This document shows, in pieces, positions 30,765-40,753 of a DNA stretch of 64,000 nucleotides. This DNA is from Alistipes sp. (GTDB taxonomy: Bacteria > Bacteroidota > Bacteroidia > Bacteroidales > Rikenellaceae): NCBI GenBank assembly GCA_017410165.1, contig JAFQRH010000007.1, positions 4,447 through 68,446 on the forward strand. Reading direction: 5' to 3'. The translations under genes were made by a program, and so were the position numbers. The first letter of the stretch is position 1. The number at the start of each line of letters is the position of its first letter. The notes beneath the pieces are model-generated. The model had not been told where the DNA came from. It did no database searches and saw only the letters and a program-made list of their open reading frames with translations.

Positions 30765-30795
30765 ATTTTTAAGTCGGATAAATTTCCATTGAACT

Positions 30796-32193
30796 CTAAG
30801 GAAGGCAAACAACCCGAAAGCCGCCAGTGTCGTACCGGTAAGATGGCGACGTGTCGTTACGGTCAGAAACACGGCAGTTGCGAGCACTAGCGTACCAACT
30901 GCCCCCACGAAGCACCCTGTATTGGCCCGAGCTGGGGCCCGTAGGGTTGTTCTGTGACGATGACGAGTAATCGCCATACCAATCGCTACACCACTCCCAT
31001 ACATTGCCGCTCATATCATATAATCCGAGAGCATTAGCACGCTTCTGCTTGACCGGATGAGTTGCATTGCCACTGTTGCCATCGTACCAACCAACAGCAT
31101 CCATGACACCGCCTCCGCTATATTTTGTTCCAACTTTTCTGTTACCTCCGCGTGCGGCATACTCCCACTCCGCTTCGGTCGGAAGACGGTATCGCCGGCC
31201 TGTCATCGCACTCAACTCCTGACAAAATTGATTGGCCTCTTCCCAATTGACATAATACATCGGATATGTGTCCCCAACTCCATACATTGACCAACTCGAA
31301 TTTGCCTTATCTCGTTGCTGATAAATAGTTGCACCCATTATCTTTTGCCACTGCGCCTGCGTAACCTCACATTCAGCCATATAGAAAGAGCCAACTATAA
31401 CAGAGTGCACCGGTGACTCGTCGCTATCGGCTTCGCTGCCCTGCTCTGTGGTCGCGCCCATTTGGAATGTGCCGCCCTCGACATAGATCATCTTCATCCC
31501 CAACCCACAGTTTGCCTGTTCGGTATAATCCTGCGGTGTGCGAGAGTAGGAGGATTGTCCATAATTAGAAGAACCATAGTTCAATTGCGAGCCATAGGAC
31601 GACGAATTGGAAGAGCCATAATTCGGTTGCTGATACGATGGTTGGTCCGTAGTCGTAACATATAGTCGTTCGCCCAGCAGTGCGCTCAAAAGTTCGGAAC
31701 AGGCAGCAGGTATTGCATTTGGATTGCTCAACATATCCACGTCTGCCATCTTTTCACACTTATAGGTGGTCGTACTGAACAATTCGGACGACAAGTTCAC
31801 AACAAATTCGTCGTAAGAGTTAGAGTGCATCTTAACCTTGACAACCGAAAAAATCACATAATCAACCTCCGCTCCTTTTGACACAGACATCTCCCTTATC
31901 TTTTTGGCAATATCAAAAGGCGTTGGTCGCGTTATTCCCTGTTGCGCCAATGCAGCTTTCACCTCCGATATGGAATATGAGTAGTACTCATAGTGTTTAG
32001 AGTTGGTGAATGCCTCTTCTATATTTGCACGAATTGTTGTTTTGGTCGAAGTTGCAAGTTTTACATCGTTATTTCGGTCAAATATCTCCCAAACCGCAAC
32101 TCTCTGTTTGGCAAAGAAAGATTGCGCTGTGACGATGCTCGGAGCAAGCATCGCCACGCACAAAAGCAATATGATAGATAATTTTCTATACAT
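30796..32193 (-). CDS. DGR target protein: signal peptide, N-terminal alpha/beta domain, S/Y/G/N-rich linker, FGE-sulfatase (CLec) domain with C-terminal VR
   Basis: VEGGTFQMG, E.P.HSV, EVTQAQW, PMYYVNWEEA, RLPTEAEWEYAARGG, GLYDMSGNVWEWC.DW, RVLRGGSW...GFRVV. Confidence 0.95.
   Translation of the reverse strand: MYRKLSIILLLCVAMLAPSIVTAQSFFAKQRVAVWEIFDRNNDVKLATSTKTTIRANIEEAFTNSKHYEYYSYSISEVKAALAQQGITRPTPFDIAKKIREMSVSKGAEVDYVIFSVVKVKMHSNSYDEFVVNLSSELFSTTTYKCEKMADVDMLSNPNAIPAACSELLSALLGERLYVTTTDQPSYQQPNYGSSNSSSYGSQLNYGSSNYGQSSYSRTPQDYTEQANCGLGMKMIYVEGGTFQMGATTEQGSEADSDESPVHSVIVGSFYMAECEVTQAQWQKIMGATIYQQRDKANSSWSMYGVGDTYPMYYVNWEEANQFCQELSAMTGRRYRLPTEAEWEYAARGGNRKVGTKYSGGGVMDAVGWYDGNSGNATHPVKQKRANALGLYDMSGNVWEWCSDWYGDYSSSSQNNPTGPSSGQYRVLRGGSWYASARNCRVSDRNDTSPSYRYDTGGFRVVCLP
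30802..30916 (-). repeat. DGR variable repeat (VR)
   Basis: Encodes [38 protein letters not shown]; aligns to TR without gaps at offset 1706. Confidence 0.97.
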
Positions 32194-32223
32194 TGTTACT
32201 CGAAATATCTAATACGGTTACTC

Positions 32224-32700
32224 TTAGATTGCGCCAACCAACTCGTATGTCAGTTTTGTACAAGCGATACGAAGACTATCCAAATCTGTATATACGTCAA
32301 TGGTCTTCATCGCAACAACAAGGCCCGTCGAGGAGTTATAGATATAAGCGATTAACTGCGCAGTGTTTTTGCTCGTAATGTTGATTGCAGTTTTCAGCAC
32401 ATAATCCATTTGCTGCTTCTTAACATAAGAGAATGTCGCCTCGGAAATATTGCCATTTCTGTCGAAATTCGCTTCGAGCGACAGGAAACTAATCGAAACA
32501 TAGGCCTCATAATCCTCCGAGTTGGTTACCGCTTCGCTCATTCTGTTGCGAATGTAAGCTTTTGTGCTCTCTGCAACCTTACCACTTGGATCAACTACCT
32601 CCGTGACAGCCACCTTCTTACGCTTGTAGAATTGAGCCGATACGGTCGATGTCGAAATCATTGCAAAAAGTGCAATCAAAAGAAAAATACGTGTCTTCAT
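32224..32700 (-). CDS. Secreted hypothetical protein, paralogous to the N-terminal domain of the DGR target
   Basis: Signal peptide (VSA-Q); KKVAVTEVVD / STKAYIRNRMSEAVTNSEDYEAY / DYVL / ACTKL..ELVG align to the target N-domain. Confidence 0.8.
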   Translation of the reverse strand: MKTRIFLLIALFAMISTSTVSAQFYKRKKVAVTEVVDPSGKVAESTKAYIRNRMSEAVTNSEDYEAYVSISFLSLEANFDRNGNISEATFSYVKKQQMDYVLKTAINITSKNTAQLIAYIYNSSTGLVVAMKTIDVYTDLDSLRIACTKLTYELVGAI

Positions 32701-32963
32701 AGTAATTTGAGTTTTTAGTTAAACATAATTTGTATCGTTGCCAACAGATGACAACCGTTTAACTAAAAAATAGAAACGTGGGTATGTTTACTGATAAGAA
32801 GGTACGACCAAGCACCTATACGAACATAAACACAACCCACGCCAAACAGCGCAGGCATTTTGTGTCTATTGTGTGTTCGTAGTAATAATTTGGTCGTTTT
32901 ACTTATCAACAACAATAGCCCTAAATGCCATCAAAACAAATTGCGTATTCCGCAATTCAGTCA

Positions 32964-32995
32964 CAAATATAGCGACTTATTTTGAAAAGCACAAA
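32964..32995 (-). promoter_or_regulatory. Bacteroidetes sigma-A promoter for the DGR operon
   Basis: Minus strand TTTG (32995-32992), 20-nt spacer, TATATTTG (32971-32964). Confidence 0.7.
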
Positions 32996-33058
32996 AAAAA
33001 GAGCAACAGAAATATTGCTCGCAGGAGTTGTGGTTGAGAAAAATCGGGGAGGGGAGAT

Positions 33059-34417
33059 TTACAGCGATTTTTGCAGACGGCGCAGATGACCGCCGACACG
33101 TACCGAGTAGCAGATGGCTGCGGTTGTGAGTCCGACAATATAGCCAATCATCAGACCCTCGGCACCCATACCGAGAGTGAAGGCAAAAAGATAGCCGACC
33201 GGAATATTCAACAGCACGTAGGCGACGAACGACAGCGTAGCGATAATGCGCACGTCCTGCATACCGCGCAGCACGCCGACCATCGTCCCCTGTATGGCAT
33301 CCGAGACCTGATAGAGTGCAACAAGCACTATAAGACGCGAGCCGAGCGCGATAACCTGCTCGTTGGTGGTAAACGCCATCGGCATCACACCACTAAACGC
33401 AATAAACGACACGAGCACCAGCGCACCCCACAGCGCACCAATATGCACCGACGAGAGCACCACATCGCGCAGCGTGCGTGCATCGCGGACACCGAAGGCG
33501 TGCGACGTGCGGATGGTTGTCGCGCTACCGATAGCGACGGTCATCATAAATGCCGCGTTGCCGTACGTTCCGCCAATCTGGTTGGCTGCGATTGCCTCCG
33601 CACCAAACCAACCCATCATAATACTCGTCACGACGAAGGCGATACCCTCCAAGAACATCTGACCGGCAACCGGCACACCGATTCCAAGCAGGCGAACGAT
33701 ATACGAGAGGTAGTTGATGCCGCGCGAGAAGAGTTGCAGATAGTCGCGGTACTCGCGCTTGAAATAGAAGTAGCCGAGCGCCACAACGGGCGACAAGTAG
33801 CGCGCCACAAGCGTAGCCAAACCTGCACCATAGACGCCCATTGGCTCCGAGCCGCAATGTCCGAAAATAAACACCCAATTAAGGAGAATATTCACAAGGT
33901 TGGTCGCCAGAGCGATGAGCATCGGGGCGACCGTATTGCCGACACCTTCGAGAAACTGTTTGAAACAGCCGTAGAGCATAACCGCCGGCAGGGAGTAGGC
34001 CATCAGGCGATAGTAAGGCATTGCCATATCGACCACCTCAACGGGCTGCCCAAGCCGATAGAGCAACGGTTCCATCCATATTTGCAGCATCATAAAGCAG
34101 ACGCCCAGCACCGCGCACATAACAAGCGACGATTGCAGATAGTGTGCCGTGCGACGATACTCGCCACGCGCGAAGTGTTCGCCGATAAGCGGTGTAATGC
34201 CGAGCGTAACGCCAAGCGTCAAACTGAACATCACGAAGCTCATCATCACGCCAAACGACACGGCCGACAGCGGCAACGGGTCATCCGCACCATAAGCCCC
34301 GACCATAGCGTTGTCGGCAAACTGCACGACGATATAGCCGAGTTGCGACAAGGCAACCGGCATAGCCAGACGCAGATTGGCTTTATAGTGTGACGCGTAA
34401 CGATTAAACCACTTCAT
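33059..34417 (-). CDS. MATE family efflux transporter (NorM-like)
   Basis: LAMPVALSQL...QFADNAMVG, about 12 TM segments, YQVSDAIQG. Confidence 0.93.
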   Translation of the reverse strand: MKWFNRYASHYKANLRLAMPVALSQLGYIVVQFADNAMVGAYGADDPLPLSAVSFGVMMSFVMFSLTLGVTLGITPLIGEHFARGEYRRTAHYLQSSLVMCAVLGVCFMMLQIWMEPLLYRLGQPVEVVDMAMPYYRLMAYSLPAVMLYGCFKQFLEGVGNTVAPMLIALATNLVNILLNWVFIFGHCGSEPMGVYGAGLATLVARYLSPVVALGYFYFKREYRDYLQLFSRGINYLSYIVRLLGIGVPVAGQMFLEGIAFVVTSIMMGWFGAEAIAANQIGGTYGNAAFMMTVAIGSATTIRTSHAFGVRDARTLRDVVLSSVHIGALWGALVLVSFIAFSGVMPMAFTTNEQVIALGSRLIVLVALYQVSDAIQGTMVGVLRGMQDVRIIATLSFVAYVLLNIPVGYLFAFTLGMGAEGLMIGYIVGLTTAAICYSVRVGGHLRRLQKSL

Positions 34418-34585
34418 CGGGGCGCAAAGATACGAAAAGTTTTACAATAGCGCACGCTCGCCGTCGCTATAATCCGCTGCCCGACCACTCGACAACCGTC
34501 TCCACGCACGTTTTTATGCGTTTGGCGCAGTTATTGCGACCGCCACCCTTACGTAAAACAATCAACAAACCAAAAAAATCGAATT

Positions 34586-36046
34586 ATGGAGATTAAAAAA
34601 AGTACAACATTCCGGTTGAGCGTGATGACGCTTGCCATTATGAACGTGACTGCCGTCGTCAGTCTGCGCGGACTGGCTGCCGAATCGGTGTACGGCCCTT
34701 CGTCGGCGTTCTACTATCTGTTTGCCGCCATCGTATTCCTGATACCTACGGCGCTCGTGGCCGCCGAGTTGGCTGCAATGTTCTCCGACAAGCAGGGCGG
34801 TGTTTTTCGCTGGGTCGGCGAAGCATTCGGTGCAAAGGCGGGATTTTTAGCAATCTGGCTGCAATGGATACAATCGACCATTTGGTATCCGACCGTGCTG
34901 ACCTTCGGTGCAGTTTCGATTGCGTTTATCGGTATGGACCAGACGCACGATATGGCGTTGGCATCGAACAAGGGCTTTACGCTCGCCGTCGTGCTGGCTA
35001 TCTATTGGATTGCGACCTTCATATCGCTCAAAGGTCTCGGCTGGGTGGGTAAAATCAGTAAATGGGGCGGTATAATCGGCACTATCATACCCGCCGCGTT
35101 GCTCATCGTGCTCGGCATTACGTACCTCGCCTCGGGCGGACACAACAATATGGATATGTCGATCGGTTTCTTCCCCGATTTGAGCAAATTCGACAACTTG
35201 GTGCTCGCCAGCGGAATCTTTCTCTTCTATGCCGGTATGGAGATGATGGGTATTCACGTAATGGAGGTGAAAGATCCGGCGCGTAACTACCCGAAGGCAA
35301 TCATTATCGGCTCGCTCATCACGGTCGCAACATTCATCCTCGGCACATTCTCGCTCGGATTTATCATTCCGGCAAAAGATGTTTCGCTCACGCAGTCGCT
35401 GCTCATCGGTTTCGACCGCTATTTCAGTTATCTGCACCTCTCGTGGGCGTCGCCAATCATCGCCATTGCGTTGATGTTCGGCGTGCTGGCCGGCGTACTG
35501 ACGTGGGTCGCAGGTCCATCGAAGGGTATATTCTCGGTCGGCAAAGCGGGCTATCTGCCACAATGGTTGCAAAAGACCAACTCGAACGGTGTACAGCGCA
35601 ATATTCTGCTCATTCAGGGCGGCATCGTGACGCTGTTGTCGTTGCTCTTTGTCGTAATGCCATCCGTGCAGTCGTTCTACCAGATTTTGTCGCAGATGAC
35701 CGCCTCGCTATACCTGATTATGTATATGATGATGTTTGCCGCCGCAATCACACTCCGCTATCGATTGCGCAACGCCGAGCGCCCGTTCCGATTGGGTAGC
35801 AACGGAGTGTTGTGGCTCATCGCCGGAGTCGGTTTCTGCGGCTCGCTGCTCGCCTTCGTGCTGAACTTCATTCCGCCGGCACAGATTTCGACCGGAAGCC
35901 CGCGCACGTGGGTAACGATACTCGTCGTCGGATGTCTTGTGGTCATCGTCATTCCGTTTATCATCTACGCAATGCGCAAACCGTCGTGGAAGAGCACGGA
36001 TGCAGATGCCGATTTTGCGCCGTTCCATTGGGAGAAGCAACAGTAA
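34586..36046 (+). CDS. gadC: APC-family amino acid antiporter, GadC-like (Glu or Gln/GABA)
   Basis: NVTAVVSLRGL, FLIPTALVAAELA, GGVFRWVGEAFG, FYAGMEM...H..EV.DP..NYPKAI. Confidence 0.82.
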   Translation: MEIKKSTTFRLSVMTLAIMNVTAVVSLRGLAAESVYGPSSAFYYLFAAIVFLIPTALVAAELAAMFSDKQGGVFRWVGEAFGAKAGFLAIWLQWIQSTIWYPTVLTFGAVSIAFIGMDQTHDMALASNKGFTLAVVLAIYWIATFISLKGLGWVGKISKWGGIIGTIIPAALLIVLGITYLASGGHNNMDMSIGFFPDLSKFDNLVLASGIFLFYAGMEMMGIHVMEVKDPARNYPKAIIIGSLITVATFILGTFSLGFIIPAKDVSLTQSLLIGFDRYFSYLHLSWASPIIAIALMFGVLAGVLTWVAGPSKGIFSVGKAGYLPQWLQKTNSNGVQRNILLIQGGIVTLLSLLFVVMPSVQSFYQILSQMTASLYLIMYMMMFAAAITLRYRLRNAERPFRLGSNGVLWLIAGVGFCGSLLAFVLNFIPPAQISTGSPRTWVTILVVGCLVVIVIPFIIYAMRKPSWKSTDADADFAPFHWEKQQ

Positions 36047-36064
36047 AAAAAACAGAAAGGGCGT

Positions 36065-36218
36065 GTCTAACAAGTTTTTTTAGACACGTCCTTCCTTTTT
36101 GTTAGAAGTTGTATAACAAGAGGGATTTCAAGGCTTGCGAAGCGTGAGAAACCGCAGCATACTTGGCGTATGTGAGGATTTCGAGCGCAAGCGTAACGCA
36201 GAAATCACCTTGTTAGAC
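36065..36218. mobile_element. MITE/REP-like non-coding element with 10-bp terminal inverted repeats
   Basis: GTCTAACAAG (36065-36074) and CTTGTTAGAC (36209-36218); long internal stem-loop 36114-36215; no ORF. Confidence 0.55.
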
Positions 36219-36253
36219 GGCTTCCATCTGTTTTCACGTTCGACATATTTCTA

Positions 36254-37084
36254 CTACTCGTCGCTATTGCTGCCGTTCAAGAAGGCGTGATAGACGCTCT
36301 CGCTCAAACCCATACTCGAAAAGCCGCCATCGTGGTAGAGATTCTGCATCGTAACCTTACGCGTCAAGTCCGAGAAGAGTGTCACGACGTAGTTGGCACA
36401 ATCCTCTGCCAACGCGTTACCGAGCGGCGACATACTATCGGCAAATTCGAGCATTCCGCCCATACCCTTCACGCCCTTGCCGGCAGTGGTTTCGGTCGGC
36501 GACTGCGAAACGGTATTGATACGCACCTTATGGTCGCGGCCATAGATGGCTCCGAAACTGCGCGCAATCGACTCCAACAATGCCTTTGCATCTGCCATAT
36601 CACCATAGCCGACAAACGTACGCTGTGCCGCCATATAGGTCAGTGCAACCACCGACCCCCACTCTTTCACGGCATTCTTTGCGTAGAGCACTTGCAGGAG
36701 TTTATGGAACGAGACAGCCGAAATATCGAGCGTCTTTGAGAGAAAATCGTAATTCAAATCTTGGTACGGACGCCCTTTACGGACGTTTGGCGACATACCG
36801 ATTGAGTGTAAAACAAAGTCAAACTGACCGCCAAAATGCTCCATTGTTTTATCGACCAACCTCTCCAAATCCTCGACCGACGTAGCATCTGCCTCGATTA
36901 TCGGAGCGTTACACTTGGCAGCCAACTCGTCAATCGAGCCCAGACGAATCGACATCGCCGTATTGGTCAATACAATCTCGGCCCCCTCTTCAACCGCACG
37001 CTCGGCGACCTTCCAAGCAATGGATTGCTCGTTCAGGGCACCGAAAATAATTCCTTTCTTGCCTTTTAACAGATTGTAAGTCAT
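36254..37084 (-). CDS. fabI: Enoyl-ACP reductase
   Basis: GIIFGALNEQSIAW, HSIGMS, Y..M.DAKA.LES.AR, VTMQNLYHDGGFS. Confidence 0.95.
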   Translation of the reverse strand: MTYNLLKGKKGIIFGALNEQSIAWKVAERAVEEGAEIVLTNTAMSIRLGSIDELAAKCNAPIIEADATSVEDLERLVDKTMEHFGGQFDFVLHSIGMSPNVRKGRPYQDLNYDFLSKTLDISAVSFHKLLQVLYAKNAVKEWGSVVALTYMAAQRTFVGYGDMADAKALLESIARSFGAIYGRDHKVRINTVSQSPTETTAGKGVKGMGGMLEFADSMSPLGNALAEDCANYVVTLFSDLTRKVTMQNLYHDGGFSSMGLSESVYHAFLNGSNSDE

Positions 37085-37154
37085 AATTTATATTTTTCGG
37101 CATCCACCCACCCTCTTGCGGAACAGATGCACATTATTTCAAGATTGAAGCCAA

Positions 37155-37493
37155 TTAGATTGCTCCGTCGAAGTCGGCACCGCCATCGTCCATCGGCTCA
37201 TCGTCCGAGCCATCGTCCTGAATCTCGTCTGCGCCCTTGATATCCTCGTCGTAGTACTCCTTATCATCGTCTTCGTCCGACAAATCGTCAATCTTCACAT
37301 CAATCTTCACCAAGTAACTAATCTCCTCGGTCTCGAACGGCACAGCGTAGAAGAAGTCGCCGTTTGGTTTGTCGATACGAATCATTGCATCAAAATATCC
37401 TGCCGGATAGAACTGTTTTACCTCCTCCTGCAATTCGAGCGGAAGGTTGTTAAAACTAACTACCAATCTCTTTTTGTTGTTGGGTGTAATCAT
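37155..37493 (-). CDS. Small hypothetical protein with highly acidic C-terminal tail
   Basis: ATG at 37493; KRLVVSF.NLP.E, FYAVPFETEEISYLVK, then a D/E-rich tail. Confidence 0.75.
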   Translation of the reverse strand: MITPNNKKRLVVSFNNLPLELQEEVKQFYPAGYFDAMIRIDKPNGDFFYAVPFETEEISYLVKIDVKIDDLSDEDDDKEYYDEDIKGADEIQDDGSDDEPMDDGGADFDGAI

Positions 37494-37586
37494 ATACGTT
37501 GAGTTATTCTGTTCAAAATTTTCCGCAAGTATAAGCAAAAAAAGTGTAAGTCGGCATTTCTGCGATTTTTTTTTGATTTTTTTTGA

Positions 37587-39776
<2,190 letters not shown>

Positions 39777-39815
39777 AGCAAACGGAGAGTTGAAAAGAAA
39801 GGAATATTGAATATA

Positions 39816-40724
39816 ATGAGCAACACAATGAAGATTACCGATAAATTCAAAGGCGTAGGCGTCGCACTCATAACGCCTATGCAACCGAATGGCAGCATAG
39901 ATTTTGCAGCACTCGCACGCGTCATCGAGCGCGTCATTGAGGGCGGAGTCGATTATCTGCTTGCGCTCGGTACGACATCCGAAAATCCTACGCTCTCGGC
40001 CGACGAGCGTGTAGCCGTAATGAAGTTTATCCGCGAGCGCGTGGCAGGTCGCACGGCGTTGATGGTCGGGGTCGGTGGCAACTGCACGCAAAGCGTGGTG
40101 AACACCCTGCGCAGTTGGGATTTCACGGGCTACGACGCCATACTCAGCGTCAATCCATACTACAACAAACCAAATCAGGAGGGGCTCTACCGCCACTTTA
40201 TGGCCATTGCCGAGGCATCGCCTCTGCCAATCGTTCTGTACAATATTCCGGGACGCACGGGAGTAAATATGACACCCGAGACCGTTGCACGCCTTGTGGC
40301 AGCAAGCGACCGATTTATCGGCATCAAGGAGGCATCGGGCAACGTCGAGCAGATGGAGCGCATCTGCCAAAGCGTAGGCAGAGAGTTCTTCCTTACGAGT
40401 GGCGACGACGGACTGACCGTCGAGGCGGTGCGTCGTGGCGGAGTTGGCGTTCTCTCGGTATTGGCCCACCTCTACCCTGCCCAAGTGAAGCGTTTGACCG
40501 ATAAGGCAAACGAGGGGCGATATGAGGAGGCAGAGCAGTTGCTCGAAGCACTTATGCCGGTAACCAACTCGCTCTTCGAGGAGGGCAATCCGGTCGGCGT
40601 CAAAACTGCACTCTCGACGAAGGGCATCTGCGGAGCAACGGTACGTCTGCCACTTGCCGATGGCAGCGAGGCGCTGCGCGAGAAGCAGATTCGTCTCATT
40701 GCCGAATACGAAACAGCCAAATAG
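39816..40724 (+). CDS. dapA: 4-hydroxy-tetrahydrodipicolinate synthase
   Basis: GTTSE, PYYNKP.QEG, LYNIPGRTG, IKEASG, SGDD, NPVGVK. Confidence 0.96.
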   Translation: MSNTMKITDKFKGVGVALITPMQPNGSIDFAALARVIERVIEGGVDYLLALGTTSENPTLSADERVAVMKFIRERVAGRTALMVGVGGNCTQSVVNTLRSWDFTGYDAILSVNPYYNKPNQEGLYRHFMAIAEASPLPIVLYNIPGRTGVNMTPETVARLVAASDRFIGIKEASGNVEQMERICQSVGREFFLTSGDDGLTVEAVRRGGVGVLSVLAHLYPAQVKRLTDKANEGRYEEAEQLLEALMPVTNSLFEEGNPVGVKTALSTKGICGATVRLPLADGSEALREKQIRLIAEYETAK

Positions 40725-40753
40725 TGCGTTATAGACAAAAAACGGTATTGGTT

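Larger units (their letters stand above)
29058..33000 (-). mobile_element. Diversity-generating retroelement cassette (lower-GC island, no integrase seen)
   Basis: RT, TR, VR, target and HRDC gene are co-oriented; spot count 24/60 GC in the RT gene versus 33/60 in the flanking PSP1 gene; boundaries approximate. Confidence 0.9.

Noticed and set aside
28933-33034. 7-bp inverted repeat ACCACAA (28933-28939)/TTGTGGT (33028-33034) flanking the DGR island as possible element ends
   Set aside because: Too short to exceed chance, with no target-site duplication and no transposase or integrase
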